A stretch of DNA of 64,000 nt from a virus (lineage: Duplodnaviria > Caudoviricetes). The position numbers and the translations under genes are program-made. The stretch lies in the IMG/VR virus record IMGVR_UViG_3300042868_009047, one strand, 5' to 3'. A model generated the notes under the pieces. The model saw only the letters and a list, made by a program, of their open reading frames with translations. It was not told the origin of the DNA and did not search any database. Position 1 is the stretch's first letter, and each line of letters opens with the position of its first letter. Below, piece after piece: positions 1 through 9,666 of the stretch.

Positions 1-3000
1 ATTACCGTAACCAGAACCAATGGTAATAGATTTTAAAGGATCAACCCATCCACTTACCTTTGTTTTTTTACCGTTTGATAATTTTTTAGTTGGTGGTATA
101 TAAATTTCTTTACTAGTAATATCTTTATCAAGTATCGTATAAGCTTTTGGAAACTCTTTAGTACCCAAAACATCTTTATTAATGTAACTCCTTACAGTTC
201 TTTCTAAAACTATTTTTGATTTTATCTGATCCTCAAGACCTATGGCTATAAAGCTAATGTATGAGTTACCGTTACTAATAGCACCCAATACATCCGCTTG
301 ATATTGTGTGGAGCCAGATAATTCACCAGTTGGTATAAAAGGGTCACCATATGTTGTGAGATACTTAAGTTTACCATTAGTATTTTGACTTTGTGTTGTC
401 CCAGTTGCTGTCCCAAAACCAAGTACAACAGGTACACTATCATTATTATCCAGATAACCAGTTTTATAATTATTATAGGTGCCAATTTTTTTATAGATAC
501 CAAGATTGTTAATAACCCCAATATTATCTCTATCTGTTGTTACTATAGGATAACCATCTGTTGTGACATAAGGGGTATAAACCTCAACAATCATTTCAGT
601 GGTGTTTTGGAATTTTAAACCATTAACTATTATTTGTGGTTTTACACCATTATTTCCCACATAAAATGTTGAATACCTCTCTTTTATAGTACCAGAATTA
701 GTAGGTATAGTTGAAGGTTGAACACCTGACTTAAAGTAAGTACCATCACTACCCTGCAATGGATTATTACCATAATATGATCTACTATTATTAACAGGGC
801 TTTTAATTATTTGATAACCAGAAACCCCATTGTACTGCGCATCAATAGCTTCATACCTATTTGTGGCACTATTTAAATATTTAACAACAGCAAAATATTT
901 TTGATCAGTTTTAATACCAGTAATTGATGCTGCGTCAAAATCAACAAATTGATCACCAGGGTTATTTTTTAATAAATTTAACAAGGAAGGGTTTATTTTA
1001 CTCGGTACTGAACCCTTTGTTTTAAACACATCATTTGTTAAACGATATCTACTAAAACCTTGTAATTCAGTAAAATTATTTGCTGGTTTATCTGAAACCC
1101 AATATGCCGAACCGATAAAATCATTTTTACTTTCATTAGAATGTGTACTTGGTATTTCGATATCAGAAGGGTATGTTATGGTTATTCCAGTTATTGTGGC
1201 AGTTGCATCTTCGGCTATAACACCACCAGCTGCTGTTGTAATTAATGTTGTTTTAATACCTGTTAATGGTTGGTCGTGTTCTAAATATTTAAAAACGTTG
1301 TTATCACCCCCCTCTAAAGTTGTTTTTGCGAATTCAGATAGTATTTCTTCATATGCTGTGTTGACTGTTGAGTATTCGCTTAATAAATTATATAATGATG
1401 TATCAACTCCTAATTTAACAGACATATCATATAAAACAATGTCCATAAAATATTTAATTGCTGTTGCTGGATCTGAACTACCAGATAATGTGTAAGCGTT
1501 ATTATATAGGTACGCAATTAAAGCTTTTATTAATAACTTATTATTCTGATCACCATTTGTCATTAAACGTAGATAGGCAGCTGTTACCCATAAACCGCTA
1601 TAGTTTACATAAAGGCCAGGATTTGCTGTTGTTGCTTGTGAAAATATACCATATTCATTATCAGTACCGTTGGTTTCTCTATTGTTATATGCGTAAACTT
1701 GTCCACTTGTTGGTACTTGTAATCTACTATTAGGATCAATATAACCAGCAGCTTCAGCATTAGCTTGTGCAGTTTTAAGTAATTGTTGTAATATAGAGGT
1801 GTTTGCCGTTGGTTTTTTTGATATTGGTTGTCTAACACCTTTAAACGTTGTTGTCATATTATTAGGTGTTATTTTATGGCTTACATTTGTAATCCAATAA
1901 CTTCCGTAAAATAACGGTACATTTTTAACATAAAAATATGTTAATGGTTGTATACCAGCATTACCTAAACTTGTAACGGTACAAGAATAAGATCTGTTTT
2001 CCATTGCGGTAAATAATTTACCGCTTGATAACTGAGTTATATTATCACTTGATGTTAAACTAACTTGAGTATATATACTTTCTTCTGTATTAGCAAATTC
2101 ATCCGTTGATAATTGGATGTTCTGGAACATATTTTGGTTCTTATTTCCAAAATCAACAATGAATGACGAAACATTTGAGTTTACGATGTCATTTGGTATA
2201 CCCTCATCTAAAATTTTACCTCTACCGTCTGGACCCAGTTGGGTTGTTTCTATGTCCATACAAAAGGTGTTACTTAAATCAAATTCAGATAAACTATTTT
2301 TCTTTTGTTTATTACCCGCAGAAACATTTGATGTTAATGAACCTAATTGGAATATAAATGCTGGGTTTGAATCAAACATTTCAAGATTGTTAAAAACACC
2401 AAACATATCATGGGCCACTTCAAATGGGTCTTTACTGTTTTTAACAGCACCGTTTAAGTTAACATAAGATGTTAAAGGTAATAACAGAAACTCATGGTCA
2501 CTTGCTAAAGTAGATAAAACGGACCACATTGATTTTGACCTTAATGTGTTTTCAACTTGTGTAACGTTTGTTAAATCATCGGCAATAACCTTTTTAAGTG
2601 CATCAATATTTGCTAATACCTTAGTACCGTAATCATTATTACCTCTATCAAGAACCGATGCATAATCATAAAGATCTTTTAATTTACCATCAATAAGACT
2701 TTTGTCAGCGCTTAATTTTTTATCAATACAATTTTCATAATCAGTATCATCAGTCTCAATATTAAAATTGAAGAATAATGGATGATTTAATATATCGCTT
2801 ACATTTATGGTTGCTAAATCTTTACTTCTTTTTTTAATTAATCTACTATCGTTTAGATCTATATTGTTAAACGAAACACTTCTATCATATAAGGTTTTAA
2901 TCCTATAGTAGGTACCTGTTCTTCTTTCAATCTCACCCTTGTCTAAATCTTCTTCATACTCATCAACAGAATTAGAATCTTTTAACGTACTAACTCCATC

Positions 3001-6000
3001 AATTTTTGATTTTGTTAGTTCTGAAAATTTCTTTAAACCCGTGTTAAACGCTTCTATTTGTTTTGTTAAAATATTTTTATTGGTGTAATCAATAAATTCT
3101 TTAAGTTTATCAACTGGTTTAAGATCGTCAATGGTATTAAATTCATATTTAACCTCTCCAACTTTTGTTAAAACACCACCTATAACTTTATTTGTTATAA
3201 TAAAATCGTCAATAGTATAATCAAATTCTTTATCAACCGCACCTTCAGCTGATGGGAATATTGTTGCATTCCTATTTGCTAAAAAAATAACGCCTGTTGT
3301 ATATTTACCCCCACTTAGAATCCCAAAATTATTTATATAACTTTTTAAATATGTTAATAATAATTTGAAATTACCTTCGGTAATTTCAATATTTAATGTA
3401 CTAAAGAATAATCTTGTTAATTCAGGTAATAATGTTTTACGAAGTTCTGGGTTAACAACTCTTAATCGCCAAACATCCAGATATTTATCAACCAAAGTGT
3501 TAAAATTATCTGGTATTGTTTTTACATCATACGGGCTAATTGGTTGGTCACCAAATAATAATGTTCTAAATAATAACCTATAGTCAAGTTTACTAATAAT
3601 ACTATCAGCTGTTCTTGTTTCACTAGCATACATTATTATCGGGTTAAATATGTTAGAATTTAACCTAAGACCTTCTGGGTTATCACCAGTATTATCTACA
3701 TATAAAGGCCCTGTTGTTGAATAGTTATTGATTGTTATTTTTGCGTTCATAAACTCATCAATAACAATTTTAGCCTTATTTTCTTGACCAATTGTTAAAG
3801 CGTAGTTTATTATTTTAGATACATCGTTTTTGGATGCAAACTCAATAAAATCACCAGAATAACCGCATAAAAAAGCTGATATTTCTTCTTTTGTGTATAC
3901 CCTATCTAATGTAACGCTATCTGGTAAATGTGTATAACCAAAAATATTTGTGTGTTTAATTAACGACTGAAAATTAAATGTATTAAATGCTTCTGTAAAA
4001 TAATTTTTTGTGTCCTTATCAACAAAATTTTTAAATAAAGCCCTAAAATCTTCTAATTTATCAACACCAAATATATCAATATATATGTCAATGTCAGACT
4101 TATAACCATCGAAATAAAAGGTTCTATCCTTTTCAAATTTTGAGTAGTCGTAAATCCAAAGGTTAGACTCAGCATCTAATGGATCACCCCATTCATATAA
4201 CTGTTTTACGTTATCACCATAGCCATATTGTGCCACCTCACGGTTATCAACAACTTTAATATCTTTTAAATGTTCACCATTTTGCGATCTATAAATCTCA
4301 GTATACGGGAAAACATTTCTTGTTTGGTCAAACCAAAATAATTTGGATGTGTTATTAATAAGCGTTCTGTTGTCAAAATATAATTCTTTAACTCCAGATG
4401 GATCTGTTGTATTTGCAATAATATACAAGTCATCATATCTATCAAGATTTGACGTTACCATTGGGTTTGTTATATTTGTGGTTATTAAACCAAGACCGTA
4501 TAAAGACTGGTTATATCTACTCAAAAAGAAATTATCGTTATCTGGTATTGATTTTGGTACCGTATTCTTTTGCGAATATTTAAGCGTGCTAACTAAACCT
4601 TTTAAATTTAAAAACTCAGTAAATGGGTTATTAATTGAAATGTTGTTTGGTAAGTTACCATAAAAAGTTTTGTAATCAAAATTTAAAGCACTTAATGTAT
4701 CATTGCTTATATTATCATAATATTTACCATCCGTATCAGTATTAGTAAATGATGATGTTGTTAAACCTGTAACATAAGAGTTACTTAAATCAGGTGTTTC
4801 TATAAATGTTGATACATTATTTGTTTTATGATAGGTATGATTTTTATTTGAAAATAATTCTTTAATATTAATCTCACCACCGCAGCTTGGGTAAACAACA
4901 TATGTACCTTGTTTATCTAATGGTGATAACCTAGAACCCTTTTCTGTGTTAAATTCTTTTGTCCATAAGGATAATAATAACTTTGAAACTTGTTCGTGTT
5001 GTTTTTCCTGGGTTTCTCCTAATATAAATAACAAAAAATCTATAGTTGTGTAAAGAGTATTTGTTTCATATTCCACAACATTCGTGAATGAATTTGGGTC
5101 CACATCATATAAAGATAATACCCTAACTGTTTTGTTAGGTCTTCTAGAATCTTTTTCAGCACCATCTGGGTAAAAAAGTAAATGTATTAATAATGCGGCA
5201 AAATCGGATAAAGGAACGTCATTAGATTTTGCTTTTAAATTATTAACGGTACATAAATCTTTTATTACTGTGTATAGATAATCTGTTGCGATGTACCCAC
5301 CAAGATAATTAGCTTTAATTTTTGACAGCATTAAAAAAAACTCAGTTTTTTTAGGTGATTTTGAAAAAACAAAATTAGTGTCAAGGGTTATTGTTTTTGT
5401 TAATGTATCTAACGCTGCTTTTAAACCGTTAAGGTCATGTTGAATTTTGGTTCCGTAATTGTTGTATGACGCTAAAAAATTAATTTGAGTGTCGTTATAA
5501 GTTTTAAAAGTTTTTAGGTTACCTTTAAAATTACCTATAATATGATAAGGTATACCGTTATTATTTCTCGTGTCAGTTATGTCAGTACCACCATCAAGAC
5601 CTTCCCCAAAAAAGAAATGGGACATCGAATTCATATAATTATTCAATACACCGTAACCACTAAATGGCATGTGTGATGAAATATTATTATTTAAAGATAA
5701 TTCAAGACCATAATTATAATCGTAATATTTTTCTTTATAGTTTTTACTAATATTAGTTTTACTAAAAGAATCACTACCATTACCAATCGAGTCATCAATA
5801 TGCCTTGGGGTAATTGGTTTTACAAATGGTGCTGTCGCTAAAATAAGGTTTTTATCATCAAACACATAGGTACCGTAATGTTTGTTCTTTACAATAGGGT
5901 CATCGAATAAATCATAACCGTTATTTGTTTTTAAACCATTTACAATGTCAAGATCAATTTTAGTATCTTTTTCGTAATCATTATAATAATAAAAATCATA

Positions 6001-6390
6001 TATACCACCAATTTTTAATATTGTGTGTATTGGTAATTCAACTAATCCTTGTGTTGTTTTAAAAGCTGTTCTTAGGAAAGATGTATCCAAAAAACCAAAA
6101 GAACCAAAATTTGATTCACATTTGATGGTATTTAAAAACATTTGGCCGCTTTTAAAAAATTTACCAGTGGTTGTTTCTTTAACCATGTTTTGTGCAAAAA
6201 TAGCGTGATTATTCACACCAGCATCTAGCATAGTATTTGGGTATGCGTTAGTATCTTCTAATTCTTTTCTGAGTGTTAAAAAAGTTCCATCAATAGTTTC
6301 CCCTGTAACACTACTCATCATAGCGTTTATGTCAATATCAGTATTTGATATATATCTTTTATCTAAAAAATTTTGATTATATGATGGCAT
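1..6390 (-). CDS. Giant baseplate hub / tail-associated lysin-like protein, >2130 aa, 3'-truncated by the window edge (absent from the ORF track)
   Basis: ATG at 6390 (MPSYNQNFLDKRY...). The frame stays open to base 1 in by-eye translation and spot checks. It contains the hub motif SLGNAGIQPLTYFYVKNVPLFYGSYWITNVSHKITPNNMTTTFKGVRQ (~1830-1995). It ends ...GWVDPLKSITIGSGYGN, resembling the start of an M23 peptidase domain. Confidence 0.8.
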   Translation of the reverse strand, partial: MPSYNQNFLDKRYISNTDIDINAMMSSVTGETIDGTFLTLRKELEDTNAYPNTMLDAGVNNHAIFAQNMVKETTTGKFFKSGQMFLNTIKCESNFGSFGFLDTSFLRTAFKTTQGLVELPIHTILKIGGIYDFYYYNDYEKDTKIDLDIVNGLKTNNGYDLFDDPIVKNKHYGTYVFDDKNLILATAPFVKPITPRHIDDSIGNGSDSFSKTNISKNYKEKYYDYNYGLELSLNNNISSHMPFSGYGVLNNYMNSMSHFFFGEGLDGGTDITDTRNNNGIPYHIIGNFKGNLKTFKTYNDTQINFLASYNNYGTKIQHDLNGLKAALDTLTKTITLDTNFVFSKSPKKTEFFLMLSKIKANYLGGYIATDYLYTVIKDLCTVNNLKAKSNDVPLSDFAALLIHLLFYPDGAEKDSRRPNKTVRVLSLYDVDPNSFTNVVEYETNTLYTTIDFLLFILGETQEKQHEQVSKLLLSLWTKEFNTEKGSRLSPLDKQGTYVVYPSCGGEINIKELFSNKNHTYHKTNNVSTFIETPDLSNSYVTGLTTSSFTNTDTDGKYYDNISNDTLSALNFDYKTFYGNLPNNISINNPFTEFLNLKGLVSTLKYSQKNTVPKSIPDNDNFFLSRYNQSLYGLGLITTNITNPMVTSNLDRYDDLYIIANTTDPSGVKELYFDNRTLINNTSKLFWFDQTRNVFPYTEIYRSQNGEHLKDIKVVDNREVAQYGYGDNVKQLYEWGDPLDAESNLWIYDYSKFEKDRTFYFDGYKSDIDIYIDIFGVDKLEDFRALFKNFVDKDTKNYFTEAFNTFNFQSLIKHTNIFGYTHLPDSVTLDRVYTKEEISAFLCGYSGDFIEFASKNDVSKIINYALTIGQENKAKIVIDEFMNAKITINNYSTTGPLYVDNTGDNPEGLRLNSNIFNPIIMYASETRTADSIISKLDYRLLFRTLLFGDQPISPYDVKTIPDNFNTLVDKYLDVWRLRVVNPELRKTLLPELTRLFFSTLNIEITEGNFKLLLTYLKSYINNFGILSGGKYTTGVIFLANRNATIFPSAEGAVDKEFDYTIDDFIITNKVIGGVLTKVGEVKYEFNTIDDLKPVDKLKEFIDYTNKNILTKQIEAFNTGLKKFSELTKSKIDGVSTLKDSNSVDEYEEDLDKGEIERRTGTYYRIKTLYDRSVSFNNIDLNDSRLIKKRSKDLATINVSDILNHPLFFNFNIETDDTDYENCIDKKLSADKSLIDGKLKDLYDYASVLDRGNNDYGTKVLANIDALKKVIADDLTNVTQVENTLRSKSMWSVLSTLASDHEFLLLPLTSYVNLNGAVKNSKDPFEVAHDMFGVFNNLEMFDSNPAFIFQLGSLTSNVSAGNKQKKNSLSEFDLSNTFCMDIETTQLGPDGRGKILDEGIPNDIVNSNVSSFIVDFGNKNQNMFQNIQLSTDEFANTEESIYTQVSLTSSDNITQLSSGKLFTAMENRSYSCTVTSLGNAGIQPLTYFYVKNVPLFYGSYWITNVSHKITPNNMTTTFKGVRQPISKKPTANTSILQQLLKTAQANAEAAGYIDPNSRLQVPTSGQVYAYNNRETNGTDNEYGIFSQATTANPGLYVNYSGLWVTAAYLRLMTNGDQNNKLLIKALIAYLYNNAYTLSGSSDPATAIKYFMDIVLYDMSVKLGVDTSLYNLLSEYSTVNTAYEEILSEFAKTTLEGGDNNVFKYLEHDQPLTGIKTTLITTAAGGVIAEDATATITGITITYPSDIEIPSTHSNESKNDFIGSAYWVSDKPANNFTELQGFSRYRLTNDVFKTKGSVPSKINPSLLNLLKNNPGDQFVDFDAASITGIKTDQKYFAVVKYLNSATNRYEAIDAQYNGVSGYQIIKSPVNNSRSYYGNNPLQGSDGTYFKSGVQPSTIPTNSGTIKERYSTFYVGNNGVKPQIIVNGLKFQNTTEMIVEVYTPYVTTDGYPIVTTDRDNIGVINNLGIYKKIGTYNNYKTGYLDNNDSVPVVLGFGTATGTTQSQNTNGKLKYLTTYGDPFIPTGELSGSTQYQADVLGAISNGNSYISFIAIGLEDQIKSKIVLERTVRSYINKDVLGTKEFPKAYTILDKDITSKEIYIPPTKKLSNGKKTKVSGWVDPLKSITIGSGYGN

Positions 6391-6393
6391 CTT

Positions 6394-9348
6394 TTATATT
6401 AATATTTTACTATATTTAGTTTGATCTTTAATTTTTTTATTAGGTATGAGACCTGGATTTATTGCATCAGTTTTAACTGATATAGCTAAAGCGTTTGAAT
6501 TTTCTTTATTGGTCGAAACTTTATTGTCTATTTTAAAATCTAATGGGTATGATTCCACATCCACATCAAATGATTGAAGATAACCACTTGTATTTTTAGT
6601 TGGTTTAGTATAATTAGCTTTAATTTCTGCCGCCAGTGTACTTAGGTTAGGGTCATTACCTTCAATCTGATCATGCATGTTTAAACCGTTAAAAAACACA
6701 GCATGTAATCTTTCTGGTGTGTTGGGGTTTTTACGACTCTTATATTCTAAAGGGTCATAATCATATAATGTTTTAAACGTTTCTAAATTCGTTGCGCTAT
6801 TAATGTACCCCTCTATTTTTTGTTTGGTCATATTTAACTCAGTAATAGTATATTGCTTATTCAATAATTGTGTTATTTGTACAATTACGTTATTAATGTT
6901 ATTAACAAGTCCAGTTGAATTTGTATCGCTACCCGCCATTGTTCTTGCAAAAGCATCGTAATATGTTTCTGTTGTACCAGCAGCTGTTTTTATTTTATTA
7001 TTTATATTGGTATAAAAAACACTAAGACTTGTTTTATCAGCATTTCTAACCGAATCCTCTAACATTGAAAATTCATGTGTGGCCAACATGTCAATTAATT
7101 TTGGGTTTATTTTCTCTGTTTCAGTATTTGCAAAACCAGAAAATAACATCAATTTATCAACAAACTCATAAACTGTTTCGATTGGGGTTTGTTGTGTATC
7201 GTAAGGGTTAAGATTGTTTATGACCAATAACGATGATATCAACCCTTTAATTTGATTACTAGCGGTTAAAACCGTTTGATTTCTTAAATTTTCATAGTAT
7301 ATTTGTGTTTGGTTATCGTATGGGTCGATATTGTTAATATTCTCACCACCATACACAGTTTTCATTCTTGTTAGTGCACGAAAAATTTCCTCGGTAAACT
7401 GAACCTCAAACCAATGTTTTGTATTTTTATTCCCAGGGTATGTTTTTTTAAAAACGTATGTATTACTTTCAATATCCAATTCTTTTTGAAAATAATTTGG
7501 GAATGGGTAGAATTTTTTTATGTCTGGGTTATCAATATCGATTTCATACTCACCAAAAAGTGATTGCATTTTTTCCCTACTATCATCATCTTTAATTTGC
7601 CTAAATGAGTTTAATGCCGATAGATTTAATAATGTTAAGAATACTTGCATGTTATTCATTAAAATACGAATAACATTGTCAATATTAGGTACAAAACCTA
7701 TTTTTTCTTTTAAATTAAAAAATAACTGATCTTCAGTAACAGAATCTGCTTTTTCAAAAAAATTAATAAGATTTTTAATTATAATTTTATGTATCTTTTT
7801 AAAAAACACCTCACTAAAATACACATTTTTAAGGCTGTCACTATCCCTCAATGAAGTGTTATTAAACAGTATTAAATCATCATTAAAAATAGTTTTTAAA
7901 TTACTGCTATTTAGTTTTTGTATATATGAAGTTTCGTTTTTAAAACCTTTAGCTGCTGTCAACTCTAACTTAATATCATTAATAATATTTTGTTTTAAAT
8001 TAACGTTTACACCTTCAGATGTTTTATAATCGCTACCCGAAAACTTTTCCAGCTCTATAGTGACTGTTTCAGAATACTCTCTTATTAAAAGATACGGATC
8101 AATTTTATTGGCGCCAGTCTCATTAGCCATTGTTTGGTTAGATAGATTGGCAACGGATCCATTATTTAACCTAGACAAAAGATTTTCATTAAGGTAATAA
8201 TCACCAGTGTTTCTTTTATCTTGTACTAATTTTTTTCCCCACACTGGTATTTCTTTTCTTATTGCCTGATCAAATTTTTCTTCTAATTTAGCGTATACTT
8301 CTAAAGCTACCCCCCTATCTTTATTTGTTTCATTTAATTCATTCGCATAAGCCAATTCATTTTTATTTAGAACACTACTTGTTCTAATCATATCTAATAT
8401 TGATGGGTATTTTACAAATTGGTGTTTTTTAAACTCATTTATACTTTTTTCATTTGGTCCAGTTACAACCCAATTACCATCAACAAATTTGGCTGTTACA
8501 CCATATTTTTTTTCATATTTTTTGTTTTGTTTTTGGTACAACCCTTTTAATAATCTTTTACCGAGATAATCACCACTATTTGCATCACCAATTTGATACA
8601 TGTAAGGTGCTAAGTAAGCATATACCATTAAAAAGTTATTGTATATTGAAAACGTTCTTGATAAGAATTCAGCTCTAATTATGTAATTACCCGTTGATGA
8701 GTCAAAAGTTGTTGACGTTTTTGTCATTGACAAAGGATATTCAATACCTTTACCGTAATAACCTTTTATCGTTAAACTAAATAAAGGATACGGGAACCTA
8801 TAAAAAATATTATATGGGTTTGTTGGGTCATTACCTCTCTCAAGCAATGTTCTACCCTGTACGTCAACGAATTCTATTTTTATGATAGGTGTCATCGATG
8901 CGTTATGAGAAACGTCAATGCTTGTTATACCAAATGTTTCTGGGTCAAAGAAACCTTCCTGATCACTATTTGTTGTAAAAAAATCACTCCAGTCTGTTGT
9001 AAAAACACCCTTATTTCTTTTTTTAGAAAAATCTATAGTACCATCATTATTTTTTACAGCTCTTTCTAAAGGGTTCATAAAATTAACCCCTATTTGACCA
9101 ATAGTAATAATTTTAGATTTTTCCCCATCACCATTATTTACAATAGCGCTGTCAGGGTTTAAACGAGCGGTAAGATTTGCGTACATTACAAGATCTTCCT
9201 GTTTAACATATCTAGGAATAATATTGTTATCGCTATTAATTACCTTATTTGGGTCAACTACAAAAATCCCATTAGGTATGGAACTATTTGCTTCAGTTGA
9301 TCTTTTACCAAAACTGGATAGTATTTTTTCATCATACGTATTAGCCAT
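6394..9348 (-). CDS. Baseplate hub-type structural protein (984 aa)
   Basis: Long ORF in the baseplate operon. The N-terminal FGITSIDVSHNASMTPIIKIEFVDVQGRTL...FPYPLFSLTIKGYYGK segment is typical of the N-terminal part of large-phage hub proteins. Confidence 0.6.
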   Translation of the reverse strand: MANTYDEKILSSFGKRSTEANSSIPNGIFVVDPNKVINSDNNIIPRYVKQEDLVMYANLTARLNPDSAIVNNGDGEKSKIITIGQIGVNFMNPLERAVKNNDGTIDFSKKRNKGVFTTDWSDFFTTNSDQEGFFDPETFGITSIDVSHNASMTPIIKIEFVDVQGRTLLERGNDPTNPYNIFYRFPYPLFSLTIKGYYGKGIEYPLSMTKTSTTFDSSTGNYIIRAEFLSRTFSIYNNFLMVYAYLAPYMYQIGDANSGDYLGKRLLKGLYQKQNKKYEKKYGVTAKFVDGNWVVTGPNEKSINEFKKHQFVKYPSILDMIRTSSVLNKNELAYANELNETNKDRGVALEVYAKLEEKFDQAIRKEIPVWGKKLVQDKRNTGDYYLNENLLSRLNNGSVANLSNQTMANETGANKIDPYLLIREYSETVTIELEKFSGSDYKTSEGVNVNLKQNIINDIKLELTAAKGFKNETSYIQKLNSSNLKTIFNDDLILFNNTSLRDSDSLKNVYFSEVFFKKIHKIIIKNLINFFEKADSVTEDQLFFNLKEKIGFVPNIDNVIRILMNNMQVFLTLLNLSALNSFRQIKDDDSREKMQSLFGEYEIDIDNPDIKKFYPFPNYFQKELDIESNTYVFKKTYPGNKNTKHWFEVQFTEEIFRALTRMKTVYGGENINNIDPYDNQTQIYYENLRNQTVLTASNQIKGLISSLLVINNLNPYDTQQTPIETVYEFVDKLMLFSGFANTETEKINPKLIDMLATHEFSMLEDSVRNADKTSLSVFYTNINNKIKTAAGTTETYYDAFARTMAGSDTNSTGLVNNINNVIVQITQLLNKQYTITELNMTKQKIEGYINSATNLETFKTLYDYDPLEYKSRKNPNTPERLHAVFFNGLNMHDQIEGNDPNLSTLAAEIKANYTKPTKNTSGYLQSFDVDVESYPLDFKIDNKVSTNKENSNALAISVKTDAINPGLIPNKKIKDQTKYSKILI

Positions 9349-9658
9349 AATATTCTACCCTGTTTTTTAATTTTGTTTCATATTCCTTTAAAGTATCTTG
9401 CAAAGGGTAAGGTATTCTAAGTGTTGTGTTGTCGGGTATTTCCCATTCACTAGGTGCCACATCTGGGTTCGCCATTAAAATTAACCAACCATAATATGGT
9501 GCAGAATAATATTGTTGACTAATTTTATCCAACCTACTTTTACCCGTATTATAAACAGTGAATAAATCGGTTGTTTTTTCAATCAATTTAATAAACGGTG
9601 GGGATATGTGCTTTGAATCACTATCTAACGTTTTATATCTATTAAAATATCTAGCCAT
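9341..9658 (-). CDS. Baseplate wedge subunit, T4 gp53-like / LysM-tail X fold
   Basis: RLDKISQQYYSAPYYGWLILMANP...IPDNTTLRIPYPL motif; small size; position in the baseplate operon. Confidence 0.8.
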   Translation of the reverse strand: MARYFNRYKTLDSDSKHISPPFIKLIEKTTDLFTVYNTGKSRLDKISQQYYSAPYYGWLILMANPDVAPSEWEIPDNTTLRIPYPLQDTLKEYETKLKNRVEYYG

Positions 9659-9666
9659 ATCAATAA

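Noticed and set aside
246-6208. Short ORFs in the track between 246 and 6208
   Set aside because: They are shadow or alternative-frame ORFs of the single open minus-strand frame 6390..1.
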